DNA of 64,000 nucleotides, taken from assembly GCA_002633005.1 (NCBI GenBank), contig NMRA01000729.1, forward strand, positions 1 to 64,000, given 5' to 3'. Position numbers and translations under genes: made by a program. A model generated the notes under the pieces. That model was not told where the DNA came from. It was given only the letters and a program-made list of their open reading frames with translations, and searched no databases. The DNA is from Phoronis australis. Taxonomy: Eukaryota > Animalia > Phoronida. How positions within the stretch are numbered: position 1 is the first letter of the stretch; the number at the start of each line of letters is the position of its first letter. Shown here piece after piece: positions 26,801-41,800 of this stretch.

Positions 26801-29800
26801 GAATGTGCCTCAAATCTGTATGTAGCTATACGCTGATGATATGGTTGGTTGTGCAGGCACAGCATTAAAACTACAGCAACAAATTTACGCTCTGCATGAA
26901 TACTGTCAGGATTGGGGTATGACAGTCAACCTTACAAAAACCAAAATAATGGTATTTAGAAAAGGCGGACCATTGAGAAAATACGAAAAATGGCATTTCG
27001 GAAATGACAAAATTGATGTCGTCTCATCATATAAGTACATGGGTATTTACCTTAATCCTAAGTTATCCTGGACGCAAGCTACTGGAACTTTGTCTCACCA
27101 GGCACAGAAAGCAATTTTTTCAATTAAACGTTTTCAGTCAAAATGTGGACGACTTTCACCGAAAATTGCGCTTGATATACCCATCCATTAGCTATGGAAG
27201 TGAGATTTGGGGATTTAAAGAATATTCTAGTATATTCTAGTATCGAGCGCGCTCAACTGATATTCTGTAAGCAACTGCTGGGTGTTGGAAGTAACTGTCT
27301 AAATCATGCTGTGCTGGGAGAACTGGGAAGGTATCCACTATATGTAAAGCTGGTTGTTAAACTGGTCAAGTATTGGTTTATTGTTAAAAAGGTCAGCACA
27401 TCGAAATCTAAAATCTCTGTATGACAAGCTTGTCATATTGGACGAGGCTGGTAGGAAAAAATGGGCTTCATCTGTTAGGAATTTGCTGCAAAGGTATGGT
27501 TTTATATTGGTATGGTACAATCAGGGAGTTGGCTGTGAAGCATCTTTTCTTGTCATTTTTGAGCAGCGAATTAAAGATTGTTTTTTTACAAGACTGGAGC
27601 TTTGCTGTGGAGAATAGCTCAAAACTTAATACATATTCCTCATTTAAAATTGATTTTGAAATGGAATCCCATCTGTTGCGTGATAATCCATCAATCTTTT
27701 TCGCATTTATGGCTAAATTACATTGCTCGAGCCGTACCTTGTTGATTGAGAAATGTAAACATGCTCTTGTGAACCAAAACTACCGTGTGTGTTGAAGATG
27801 AATACCATTTTATATGTGTTTGTAAAATGTACTATTCTCTGAGAACTACATTTACATTTATATATGAGTGGTGCTGGCGTGAACCAAATATACATAAATT
27901 TGTAAAGCTAATGAAAATGTCGGTGCCCATTGCTCAGATTAATCTAATGAAATTTGTATTTCACACCACTGACCTCAGGGAAAAGCTGCTCAGGGTTATC
28001 CAGCAAATTTTATGTAACATGTACGCTGTTGAAAATAGATGACTTTAACTTGAATAAGTAACCATGCCTCTGTTTCGTAAACAGTGTCATATATATATAA
28101 GCGTAAACAGTGCCATCGACCCCATCTACTTTACTCAGGGAGTCCCACGGGCAGTTGTGACCTATTTTTGTATTTGACGGATCCCGGCAAACGACAAAAT
28201 AAAAATATCGGTGAATTTTCACTGATTTTATTCGAAAGATCCTAAAATCTATGGCATCGTACAGATAATTCGACTTTAAGGTACATGTACATACTTAACT
28301 TTACATAAACATTTCGCATTAGTGGCATTGTCATTTGTCAGGTGAACGTGAACCCCGTGTGGGGTTCTTCGATTTTCGCTGGCTCCGAAATACTTTTCCT
28401 CGAACATCATCACCTTTGTAAATTTCCACATCGTGAACGTAGAATTCTTTGCTGAAAAGATTGCCTGTTGTCTTTGTCGAAGCGTTTTCGGATAGTGCAT
28501 AAAACACTAATCGATTCCACCAGCAACGTCGTTTAGCGACAATGTATTTGCCTTGTTTGCTTGTCGGGTGTCATGTGACGTGTTCAAGACTTAATCTCCA
28601 TTGTTTTTCGAAATTGATGTGAAAACAGTTTAACTTGAATAAGTAACCGTGCCTCTGTTTCGTTAAAATGTTTTAAATTTTAGACATGTAAGAGTCTAAT
28701 GACCAGTCATCAGTTTTGACGTACGTCTCCGTTTCATATTTTGTAGAAGTATCGTAAAGTTTTGATATTTTAATGAAGCAAGGCTCACGTCGTAAAGCAT
28801 GTTTACACGTACATGCAATGACCACAAGAGCTTGATCGCGACCTGTGTGTGGCCAATTCGACCTCAGATTTTGTTTGTGGCAGGGTAAAAAATCGCCACG
28901 AAATCGCCACGAAATCGCCAGGCACACATTTGAAATACTAAGGCAAAAAGCAGACGTGAGTAGACATCGCTCATCAAAAATAGGAACGGGCCGTGAAGTA
29001 GTAATACGTAGGTGCATCAGTGAGGCTTTGCACTGAGCATTCGGGCTCAAAAGAGCGAAATTTGCAGTCACCGGATACACGAATATTTCTAATGTTCCGT
29101 TCAAGCAAACCAAAAGCACAGACCAGGCGTTTTTGGGTGCCAAGGCATGCAAAAACGGAGTTCATCAGTTCTTCGCCGAAAGTCTATCGTTTTCTCCATT
29201 TTCGGCTCCAGTCAAAGAGGTTTGGTGACCTTAGCTACCGTTTAGCGAATATATGTAAGACCGCTTTAGGTTAGACGACGTTATGCTAAAAGTCGAGACC
29301 ACATTATTTTTGACAAAATTAACAACATACCAGACAAAGTCGTCCAACAGTCTGTCGCTGCTGGCGGTCCAAATCCAACGGAAGTACTCGCCTGCACGTG
29401 AAAGGTGTACCTCGTGCCAGGCTCTAGATCACGTACATCAAAAGTCAAGGTACTTGAGCTCACAGTCTCAGATACTTGTCTTCCATTTTTCGGTGTCCAT
29501 GAAATCTAGAAGATCGATAATCCACAAATAACATTTTATATAAAATTAGTAAGCCGCTCTATTTCCCTTGATTCTGACAGTATGTAATGTGGCGCTCACC
29601 TGTAGTCAACTGGAGCATTTGCATTGTTGTGGCTAGTTTAATATGCCACTGCACATCACTGGCAGTTTGAAGGTATTTTGACAGCTAAGCATTTATGAAA
29701 AACAGTAGAAAACATCCTACTGCATTAAAACCGTACACAGCGCTGTCCACCAACTACCAGATCGCCGTCTAGCAATAAGGCGTATTTCATAATGTCGCCG

Positions 29801-32800
29801 TTATATCGGAGAATGACAACAATTAATCTGGTAATAAATAAACCACCAGAATGTGGAATATGCAGTCGGGCTGTGCAGGTAAAGCTTTACGCTACTTAAA
29901 AGGGCTTTTGGTCGCTTATTAGTCAGACGCCAAAAAGGTAACTTATTAGCTAGACGCCCATATGTTCACGTGTTAGCCAGACGTCCGAGGAGGACTGATG
30001 GATACTTGATTTCACCCGAATGCGAAGTATGCATGTACATTGAGACTGCCCTTATCCGGTCAATCCTGGTACGCACTGATTACGGGGTGCATAAGGTGGT
30101 CATTTTGAGGGGATGGTAATAAAATTGGTCTTCCAAACGCGGGGTGGCACTCATACCTGGCCGTCTGTTGATAGCAAGACCTAGAGCTGTGAAATAGGGC
30201 TACGAGACCCATGTTAAAACTTTGTGTAGAAAATTGTTGTCAAATTATGCCTTATCCTTCGGCATCATATGGAATTGAGTGTTGCTAGACTAAGTTGCTG
30301 AATTTGTCGACTTTTTAAAATCACGGCATTGACACCATGCAGGGGATAAATATACCGAACTATACATTAACCAAACGCTGAGATCTCCCATCCCGTCCAT
30401 AGCCACTTACACGTGCCAAATTTATTTCAAGAATGGTGGAAACGCGACCCAACGCATTACCATTAAAATTGCAGTCTATCTCAACGTCCTCACGGTCTCT
30501 TTGCTGAGTGCACCCGTACTCTCACTTTGAGGTATCACATCAAAAGTTTCATTATGTTTTATCAAGACTAAGTACATCACTTGAAGGCCTTCAGTTTCTC
30601 CTAGAGTTCGATATCTTTGGCTTAAATTTCAGTTTAAAAAATCTCATACTTCAAATAGAGGGATCTAAAATCAAAGACGGCGAATTTAGCGCTCGTCTTT
30701 TCTTGTTTAGTGACAAAACGCATTCTATCATTTTAGATACAGAAAGTACATGAACCAAAAACACGACCACGGGCAACATTTGGGAATAAAAAAGGTTTTG
30801 TATGCTTGTGTTTTCAGCTCTTAATAAAACCAGAAACGTCGAAATATAGGTTAATGTGAAGCCATGAACAGCGCAACATTTACAAGAAATGATCACATTT
30901 CTTATGTTTAATAATATAGATGTATGTTCAAGTTGCCAAATCAACCAAAATGCAAAGCGCAGGCATGTAAATTGCAAACAAAATGGCGGGATATCCTGTT
31001 CGCACCAGCACCAAAAACCAGAAATGGACTTGATTTGCGAAAGATGCGCACGGTCCACGTTCAATTTTTCAAATATGGTGTAAAAATAAGTTACCCTTTC
31101 TTCATTGTAAATAAAAGCACCAACCCATTTCGTTTATGGTGATGTTTGGCGATAAATCACAATACACCACAGTACACTTTCCAAGAGCTCTGTGTAATTG
31201 AGTTATCTATACAGTTTCTTTCCTGTGTTATCTGCAAAAACTCCATTCGATCTATGTGTTAAGATCTACTGTCATTCTGATCACCTGGCACACGTGCAAA
31301 GGTTTTCCTGTTTCAGCATACCCTGTTCATTCAAAGTCACATAAAAGGCGAAGGAATTTTAGTTAGCTAATATCTTTAGAATTAGAACACCACAAATTAG
31401 CAAAACGTACGTTGTATCGCGTCAAGTATCCGTTTTTTCGAGTAGGTTCCACCCATCCCACGGATAGCGAGGTCTGTCCACGTGACTTGCAAATAACGTC
31501 GTTTGGCCTGTCAGGAACTGGAAGTATAATGACGTCGTCAGTGACAGTGACAGTGACAGTGGTATTGTCCTGACCAAAGGCAATCACTGTATTAGGATGT
31601 TACTCCTCATAAAGCAATATCATGCAGTCACTAAACTGGAACAGTAGGGCATACAAACTAGAGCTGTGCTGAAGGTTGGATGTGCAGTTCTGGTATTTTT
31701 TCCATGTGAGTACTGGTTGTATTACATATGCCTGGTGACGATATTTAGTAATATCAAAACGTCGGCGTGAAGCACAGAGCGTTGTTTTTTGGTATTTTAC
31801 GAACGACGATTGTTGAGAAAGACAAAATCGAATTCATGAACAGTGGGAATGTGTTATTTGAATGTTGTTACCGCTCACGAGAGATGCCAACGGTGCATCT
31901 TCAGATGTGAGAGCAAGCTTTTGATGAACTCGACCAAACAGCTTAGTATAATTTTAAAACACGATGTGGCCAACAGGCGGCACGTCAGAGATTATAATTC
32001 CAAAGCAGTCCCCCTAAGCAATGGTGTCTACTTGCAGGCTCACAATAGTAAGAAACCAGCGCCAGCCAAATGTGCCGACTGTTCGACTCTTTGTCAAGAA
32101 ACGGTTTTCAAAGATATTTGGAATGTTCTTCAAGAATCCGGGTCTTAAAATAATCACCTTTTGTTATGCCCACAAGAACTTTGCAATATCAAGTTCATCA
32201 TTAAAAAGGCTAATTTCAAAATGATCCCGTTGTCTGTTTCCCCTTCCGCTAATAGAAAACCTCGACGACTAGCCTCGTTCCGAACGGTAGTCAAATAAAA
32301 CTAGGCCAATAGGCGTGTTGAAAATGAAGAATTAGGCTTGCTTACTTTTAAAGTTGTTTCTCAAATCACGACATTAACTTTTCGTTAAATGTAATTTTAA
32401 CAGTAAGGCGTGCCACACGAGATTCTTGCGGGATAGGTAGATGATTTCGACAATACTGGCGACTTCTCTCGTCACCCGATGTTTTCTGAGTGCAGTGGCA
32501 CCCATTTCTTTGTTTTGGTTCATTTGGGAAGCACAACTACCTCAGGTAACGCTTTGGTTAGCAAAATTTTAGGGTGAGTTTTTTCCCTTCGAGGACGTGT
32601 CTGTTAACAATTAAGGGTCTGCCAGAACGAAATCGCAAAAATAGTTTCATCTCATATACAGAGGTGCTCCAGGAGCCCCATTCGTTGGTTTTTGCTCGAA
32701 TCTGTAAAACATCAGACTTGCATAAGGAAACACCCCAGAGGCGAGGTCACCGCTGTATTTCCAATACTATGGGCAAGTCTGCATGTCCGCTGCATATCCG

Positions 32801-35800
32801 ATAGCAAAATTGCTACAAACACACCAAATTAAAACTGGTGATTTTTAAAATACCCAGTTGGCTTTGAATAACATATATCATTTTTAACTGTGCAAGTAAT
32901 TTTTGTTCTCACTTTGAGGTGTTTATTCGTGGTAATCACATCATACATACTTTATACGTGAAATGTCACACAGGATTGTGCTTCAACCTGACCATTGATT
33001 ACTTTGGATTCATCAACCGTTCACGACAACAAACTCGGCAAGTGCACACTCCGTGGATGAGGAGTTCGTGACAGACGAACTCACCTGTTTAATAGGTTTG
33101 TTTTTAGCTTTCTGGAAAACCGTTGGTAAAGTCTAGGAGGTTGTAAACGACAAAGGTGAATCAAGGTGTTAACTCCTATTATAAGCTTTATATGAACGCC
33201 GGGCGCCTCGTGTTTGGCGTTAATTGTCTTTCATAACGAATGGAAAGCTTGTACTGTCGAATTTTGCAATGCATTTATATAATATAAAGGTATTCAAACG
33301 GCACTCAATGTTTTTTCGTACTTTTACACCCGTCCATGAAGGTCCACTTTTAACCATTTTGCATATTATGCCTTTTAAAGACCTCAACATCTGAATGAAT
33401 AGTAGTCACTGTTTCATCAATAAATATATGTGCCTACAAGAAGTCTGTTATTAAAGCAATCTATGTTACCTGAAACTCGTAAATATGTTTCCACTTAAGG
33501 TTGATGAGTGTCAGGTATGAGCATTCACTACATCGTGTTGTAATGAAGTCTTCGCTGTCATTGAGACTGCGGTGTCTAACGCGATATTCACGAATTACGC
33601 CGTTAGGGGGACACGGTGGTTTCCAGCCGATAGTGACGAATGTTATGTTCATGCGTATACCAGTTACATTCTTAGGTGCTGGTGGAGCTGTTCAGGCAAA
33701 TGAGACATTTTGAGACGAGAAGCACGACATACCATGACAAGATCATTACAATAACCAGTGTAATTACCACCATCATCCCAACCCATTAAAGGCTCAAAAT
33801 GTTACTACTGTTTCTACATGCATAATTTTGCAAGGAAGGCCCAAGTACAGTTTAAAACAACATGCTCGCGGCGTTATATTTTGGGTCAGGTCTGGAAGGA
33901 GCTGGTCATGGATCGTTTGAGTAGCATACAAGTCTACTGTTACAGGAATCGAGTACAAACACTCCCCAAACACTGAAACTGAGTTTGAATTGAGTAAAAA
34001 AATTCGTCGTCTCGGGTTACGTTTTACTTAAAAAATGAATAACTAAACAATACCGCAGCATCACCACAATTTTCAGAAAAAATAAAGTACAGAATCAACT
34101 ATGTTTTTATGTCGTATATGAGGATTGGTGCGTTCTGCTAATTCGAGGCTGCAAGTTCTTTGCATTTCTAGTCTACCAGTAAAACCTTTGGCTTTCATGT
34201 CTGGACTGCATTCACTAAGTCTAGGTAGTTGCAAGCATGGTGGCAAGACTATGCAAGGGTTGTTGGGATGTCACCATGCATAACCAGTGAAGCACGTATT
34301 CTTACGAGATGTCGTCAGTAACTAATAAAACGGGACGAACTACTCCCTTGAAGGTCGAAGATCCCCTGGTTGTTGGCCATTTTGATGCAGTTCTAATGTA
34401 AATATATCTTACCGCTTTCTGCAGTCACGCTATAACTCCATTCGCTCCATGGTCCAGGAAGGTTGTTATTTGAAGCTCGAACTCTGAATGAGTAATTTGC
34501 GTGAGAGTGAAGGCTGTTGAACTTGTGGGAAACTGTTTTGATGGAGCCGTTCGAAACTTCTTCGGAAAGACATGGTGATTTTTGCCTGTGTAGTTCATAA
34601 TCACAATGTGTAATAGGTCCATTTATCGATAGGCAAGGCGGAGGTTGCCAGTGGAATTTCAACGAGTTTGAAGAACGTTCTGAAGACCTTAGATTAATCG
34701 GAGGCTTAGACGGTGCTGAAACGTAAGATAGTGCTTAGTAAAATGATCAATACTCACCAGTTGGTCAAATCATGCTTAACGTTTCTTTACATGACAGTAA
34801 TTACTATCATCCAAGTGCTAACTTACACAACGTGTCACAGTACTAATCCCATACAAAGAATATATTATTGAAGAAATGCTTGTAGACGAAATTGTCAAGG
34901 ACACACTTTTACTGGAGTTCCCACAAAATCATATGCGCGTAGTTTGCTTCTACTTCAATCCCATTGATACATTCCACATGACGTTAGTAACGTTACAATT
35001 TATTAAAGTACATTTACCAGACACACTGGTCCTTAGAGTTATCTTTTCTTCATCGCCATCTAGTGTTGCAGTTCTTGCACGTGCACTTATTTCATAGCGT
35101 GCATAGGGACGAAGGTTGTCCAAAGAAGTCGCTAATGAATCAGTTGTGAGCGTCTCAAATCCCTCTGATGAATTGTATGTAGAGCCACACGCTAACACCT
35201 CTTTGAGCTTGTGCTGAATTTTGTATCCTTTGACGCTGCATCCATTGGGGACAGGTGGTTTCCAACTTATGCTGACAGTGGTAGGCGTGACGATGGAATG
35301 TGTCAGTTCCTGTACACGGTTAGCGGCTGTTGAAGAAATGTAAACAACTTCACTCATATACTTGTCATATTCATATCTTTGGCGCAGCGAAATTGACTAT
35401 GTGTCTTAACATTATCGTTTGAACTGGCGATGGGAAGGACTGGCCATACACTGAAACGGACAGAACACAAATGCAAATGACAGACGCGACATGGTGAGAA
35501 CGGGTTTTGAAAGAACCACTGTTTCCCGATTTAACATCACGACATTAAAACTTACAGTGAGTTTCATCTTATGGACTGGACATTGCTAGCAATAGATATA
35601 CATATACATAAACATATACATATACATGTACATGTATGTATGTATGTATGTATGTATGTATGTATGTATGTATGTATGTATGTATGTATGTATGTATGTA
35701 TGTATGTATGTATGTATATATATATATATACATTCACAGAGGAAGAACGCACAGAAAATACAACAGACAGACGAGAAATAGGAAGCCAGGACGAGGAGAT

Positions 35801-38800
35801 TGTGGGATGTACGAACCAATTTTCGTTCTTCGATCTCAGATCGGCTGACGGAACGGATTGTCGTGTCACTGACACAATAGTCTATTGCAGGTGTAAATCC
35901 AAACGAACAACTCAAAAACTAAATTTAATATATGTATATGTATATATACTGCATCGAACGAGAGTTGAAACTTAAAGAGATGGGTTTATTTTTGCACGAA
36001 ATTTAGTTTTCGAGTTGTTCGTTTGGGTTTACACCTGCAATAGGCTACTTTGACAGTGACACGACACTCCGTTCCGTCACCCGATCTGAGATCGAAGAAC
36101 GAAAAATGGTCCGTACATCCCACAATCTCCTCGTCCTGGCTTCCTATTTCTCGTTTGTCTGTTGTATTTTCTGTGCGTTCTTCATCTGTGAAGATCTATC
36201 TTTCTCATTTTGAGTCTATCCTCCCAATCAACATGTCCAGGCTGCATTCATGAATTAGACAATGCAGCCTGATAAAGCACTGACAACAAACTTTTTTATA
36301 GAGTCTGTTGCAGTTTCTATTAAAATTATGGAATTCTACTCGCAAACTTTTGTTTTTCTTACGCTGTACAAATACTGTACGGCAATCCCCAGTAGTTTTT
36401 TACCGAAACTGGTGGCTACAGACATTTGCATTATTGCAACCTCGCTGTCAAAACTCTTCCTAATTGTGTCACCCAGTAGATCCTACGCTTGAATGGCGTC
36501 GTGTAAGCCTTATACGATGCCGATAAAATGACCTTGTTACAGTAAAATTGCGGACAATTGTGGGATTATCGTTAAGTACATTATCAGAAGCGCCGACCAG
36601 GTGTCGAAAAACACCCATAAGTAAAAACGATACGATGAAAGTGTACGCAGTCATGCTGAAGGCATTGCGCTAGGTTTCACTTGACGAAATCCGCCAAATA
36701 CCACCCGATATGTGATAAGGAATAGCTCGGTCCAAGACATAATCACGCATACTTCCAAACTTGCTCCAAATCATCAGCAGTTGACAGCTGTTTCTCCAAC
36801 ACCCGTGGTAAAGTCTGAGGAAATAGTCAATGCCAGGGTTTAGTATCCCATGAAAACCGACATGAGTTTTAAAACTAACTGAATCTCAGCGTAGTTGCAT
36901 CTACTCACCTTTTTCAAGGCTGGTAGCATTGTGCTCTGGTGAGACGTCCGATACCAAGTCTTTATTGTGTGCCTGTATTTTGAATGACCATACCGTGCAG
37001 GCTAAGGAGGGCAAAGTTCTATTCAGTGTCTTAGACGATAAGTCGGCGATTGTTGACCACTCTGGCTGTGAACTGTTTTTGTGAAACAGTGTGAACCTGC
37101 ACCCCGACTTACATCGCCAATCTGTCTCCTGCAAAGCGGAAAAAGCTACACAATATTACTGAGACCTCAATGCTGCCTTACATGTCCTCTTGGGATGAGG
37201 ATTACATGCAATTCTGACGTACATCGTCATTTTGTGCCTTTGGAGTTGATTTCGGAAACGAATATTTATGGCAAATTCTAATCTTAAAGTGGTTATAAAC
37301 CTGAGTCTGCGCGCGTCTGGTAGAACGTGTACCAGACCGACTTATTTCTATTACCCCTATAAAATTGGTCTCAACTTGTTTTTTATTTCAATAGGAAGCG
37401 ATTTTGGTCTTGAAAAGAACTGACAGTTCGATATTGCTGGACATCATGCTCCGCTAATAAAAACACGCCACCTGGTGAGTGGAAATTCGGCGGTGAAGAA
37501 AACAATTCCTACAATTCTTTGTTATCATGAGGTCTGATGTCACTGTTTTCATTCAGCCTGTTTTATGAAGCCCCGGCCCCGTACTTGCATTAGAGTTTTA
37601 TGTTTGATCCCTTACCAACGATGTTTACACATAAATGTTGCCACCATTTTCGCTTCCTTGAAGCATACGATGATTACTTACATTCCAGCTCACGTGTACT
37701 GAGTTCACAGATGGCGTTGCATGCAAAATAGGAACATTGGGAACTGAAAGACAAAAACACGTCCTCTGTGTGACAGTAGCTTTACACAAGTTTTCCACTT
37801 TGAACACATAAGAAGTTAAGCAAGCAGTTGTGTACGATCGCCACCAGTTAAACGCATTCGTGGAACTTTTCCATTTCGGGCCATGAACGTAATCTTTCAA
37901 CCCAGCCAACGTCTTTTATTCGTGGGACAGTGTTCTCCAATGATGTTTTCTAAATAAATCAAGGAAACGCCAAAAATAAACTGTAACACTACAGAATCCA
38001 TTTTGTTTCCACTACAGTTTACATACATTTGTTGTTATAAACATTCAATGATCTACGTCGTGGTGCAGGAGGTACATGGTCCAATTTAGGGAAGATAAGG
38101 AAAGATGAAATTACTAGTTTGGAGACCTGTGGACAAAAGCTATTGATCCAGCATTTTGTCTGTAATTCGGCATTGTTCCGATATCAAGGCCAGCGCCGTT
38201 TGACAAACTTTATGTGAAGAGCATGTGAACAAGATGTTTACCTGCACAAGCCATAGCTCGAGGACTGGCTCTACCCACTTCGCCAGTGTCAGTTTTGATT
38301 GCAATTCTCACTCGATACTGGTTTAGTAAATCCGTCGATGGAATGGTCAGTGTCAGCACGCTTTCCTCTATGTCATCACTTTCTGTCCAGTCATCACTGA
38401 TGGATGCCCTGTACTTCACAATGTACTTGTGAACTGGTCCAACACCTCGGTCAATCAGTGGTGACCACGGACGCCAAGTAACAGATATTCCGGTCGAGTT
38501 TCTAGTCACATTTGGTGCGACTGACAGAAATGCGATTTCTAGGAAACAAGGGAATTTCACAGTTCCGTTGGAGTGTCACGCTTTGTACTGATTGTTTTAC
38601 ATCCATTGATCACCGGCACGCATGAATGAGTATACGATGATTTAAATAAAGTTTATGAAGTTGAAAACCAATACACTTACATGTACCAGCACAGTGTAGA
38701 CTGTGAAATAATTCGTTTGTACCGACAATCACCTGATAATCGCTAGAACAAGAACGCACATGTACATCGTGTACTTATGATTATGAAGGAGACTAAACAA

Positions 38801-41800
38801 GAATTTCCAAACAATCAAATGATTAATCAACCATTAGATTAACCAACCTACTTTTGTGACAAGTGGGTAACTTGAAGCCAGGCTTGCACGCAGTACAGCT
38901 TCCGTTGACCTTGTTGCACGCTTCTCCAGATTTGCACTTTCCACAGGGATGCGCACATTTCAGCCCATAATGTCCGTCAGTGCAATCTAAATATTCAAAG
39001 AATGTAGCAATTGTTGAACAATCACGTTCTAGTTATTGCGTACTTCGTTAGAGCCTGAAATCACATGGAGTGATTCGTTACTGATATTACAAGCAATCCC
39101 TGACAAAACTGCCATATTTGAACCACGGTCAAGTTGCATAAGGTATGTGTATTCGGTAGTTTCCGTGTGGCTACGTATTGACTTCGCCCATGTTCTTATT
39201 TGCTCACAATAACTGCTGTATAAAGAATCCCAACAGTGTAAATTATCAAATTGGTATAAAGGTAACATCATGGTGTAGTATTCATCATCATTTGTCTTAG
39301 TCATGTGTTTGTTTACTACCAAACAAAAACACTTAAATCTGGAAATACAACATCTGTTTTTGGTTTTGTTAGGCTTCATTACGTAACACAAGTTTTGTAG
39401 GAAATAGGTGGGACTAACGACATATGAAAGGCATCGAAACGTCTGTATGTACATGCTATGCATGCGATGCAGTTGTGCTGAAATACTCACACTGAGATAA
39501 GTGACGTGGTCACTGAATTTGTCAATGTCGTTTGACACTTACCCTGATCACAGTTAGTCCAATTTTTACCAGCAAAACAATGTGGAATGAAATGTAACGT
39601 AATTTATATCATAAATGCCAACTGCCGTTTTAAAACAATTCCACAAAAATGACAAAGGGATGTAGGTGAAAATTATTTCATCCTGAAATTCGACTCCTCA
39701 TCTCCCAAGATTTGACAATTAATTACATTGACTCAAGCATGTACATCTAGGCTAAAATACCTGACTCAGTGGCACTGGCGTAGTGGCAAATTTCTAACGG
39801 GAAGCCGACATTGTTAGGACACAAACTGTCACAACACCACAAACTGTTGCGAAACCTAAAATTCCAACAGTTTACGTGCACTTTTGTAGCACAAACTTTT
39901 TTTTCGTAGTGAAATTTTGTGCACTGTCGGGTTACACAAATTGTTGTAAACTTCAAATAAGAACAGTTCGTCTAGACTTTCGAATTATCAGTTGTAGCAA
40001 CATAATCACCATGCAGATGGCTGTAGTGACGGGTTGAACAAAACTTCGCAGCCTTGTGACATAGATGGTTCAGCCACATCCTGCCAGGGAAAATGGCCGA
40101 ATACCGCGGGAGTAGAAAAACCATTCACACGACTCTGTATCAACCTTTCAAACAAAAAGTTTTGTAGTGTTTTCAACGAAGAACGGAAAGATACGAACGT
40201 GCTCGACATTTGTACTTCACACAATCTGTCGAAATTTGATATTTGCGACCATTTGTGCACCTGAGTCAGTTTGTGGTCCAGCAAAGAACTTAATTTCAGT
40301 CACGTAAATACCAACCAGGATAAACGGAACCACTTCTTGGCGTAAAAAAGGACAATAGGATCTATTTTTCAAATAAACCTGCTGTGGAATTTATAAAAAC
40401 TTCTACAATTGGTTTATATGATATTGCTGGTGGGTAAAGGCCAACGGGTATTAATATGCCAACTAATTTACGATACATGTAACTATGTAAATATCTCAGA
40501 ACCTTAAGCAGTACACCCCTGCAAAAACCTGGGTCGAATGCACCCCCTTCCCTCCATGAAGTTAAGACCCCCTAATTATCCGAACACGTGTAATCCTTTT
40601 CACTTTCTTCAGATTACCAGGTTCCCCAATATGCAACCAGTCAAACACATATGCGCTGGCTTTACTTGACAGTTTGCAAGCAAGGATGTTAAAGAAATTT
40701 ACGCTACCTTCTCAACTGTTGCGAAGCAAACATAAATTATGAAAGAATTGCCTTCCGTTCCTTACACGTAGAATTTACAAATATCCGCAGTGCCAAACTA
40801 CAGGAATCTGCGGAGGTGGAAAAACAGCGCTTAAGATATACAACACTTATTCCTCTTCAAAATGCCAGTGTGCTTAACCTTGACTATAAGTCGCGTGCAA
40901 AGTATTTCTATTCAACGGCCAATAGATAAACTAGTGTCTGAACTACAGAATAGCTGAAGGCGTGACCGGTCGGCTTTGACCTCGTCCATCACATGACACA
41001 ATTGAACTCTTGTATCTGGCAAAGCGATTGGAAGTCATATACAGATTTGTTGGTGTATTTCGAATACAATTGTCGCAAGGAAACGCATATGGACGCTGTA
41101 CATTGTAATAGCTGATTCTCACCTTTGCAGTACGGAGCAATAAATCCTGACTCACAACCTCCGTTGCAGTGACCAGTCAATTTGTCGCACGCACCAGTCA
41201 AGCAACGTCCACATCTCTCGACACAGTCGGCACCGTAATAGTTAGTATCGCATTCTACAATGTTTCATTAGCTAATTTACATGTATTTAGAATGAAAACG
41301 TAGCACAATCATGGATTGTAATCAAGACCATAATGTGACTTCTTCCAAAACGTGATAACGACCTAAGAAGAACCGAGGTCACAACACACGTTGCTATATA
41401 AATAACACAATGGGACCGAGGAGTTGTTTCGAAAATAACGGACTTTCACGTAGCTGGCAAAATGTTTTCATCAGTAATCCACAGCAAAAATATTGTTTTA
41501 TGCCTTATCAGTTCAAAATGTGGGTGGGCCTGAAGTTTTTGTTTTATGCTCCGACACTGCTATGTTTAGTGGTGAAATTAATGTAGCAGCCCCATCATCA
41601 CCATCACCACCACCACCACCACCACCACCACAAGCATCACCATCAACATCATCATCATCACCATCAACACTACCACCACCAGTATGCAACCAGTCAAACA
41701 CATAAGTACTGGCTTTACTTGTCAGTTTGCAAGCAAGGGTTCTAAAGAAATTTGCGCTACCTTCTCAATTGTTACGAAGCAAACATACATGTAATTATGA

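Noticed and set aside
33050-33085. Hammerhead-like hairpin GATGAG-GAGTTCGT-gacag-ACGAACTC
   Set aside because: Lacks the GAAA core and stem III, and shows no PLE coding context.
35564-35975. ORFs of 70-134 aa (YVCM/HTYI repeats)
   Set aside because: Artefacts of the (TATG)n microsatellite and the foldback element.
39029-39538. 169-aa minus-strand ORF as a possible Tie Ig3 or other extra domain
   Set aside because: No Ig motif and no suitable splice sites; the flanking EGF exons join in phase without it.
41493-41705. Pro/Ser-rich and Gly/Asp-rich ORFs
   Set aside because: (CAC/CAT)n microsatellite at the duplication junction.
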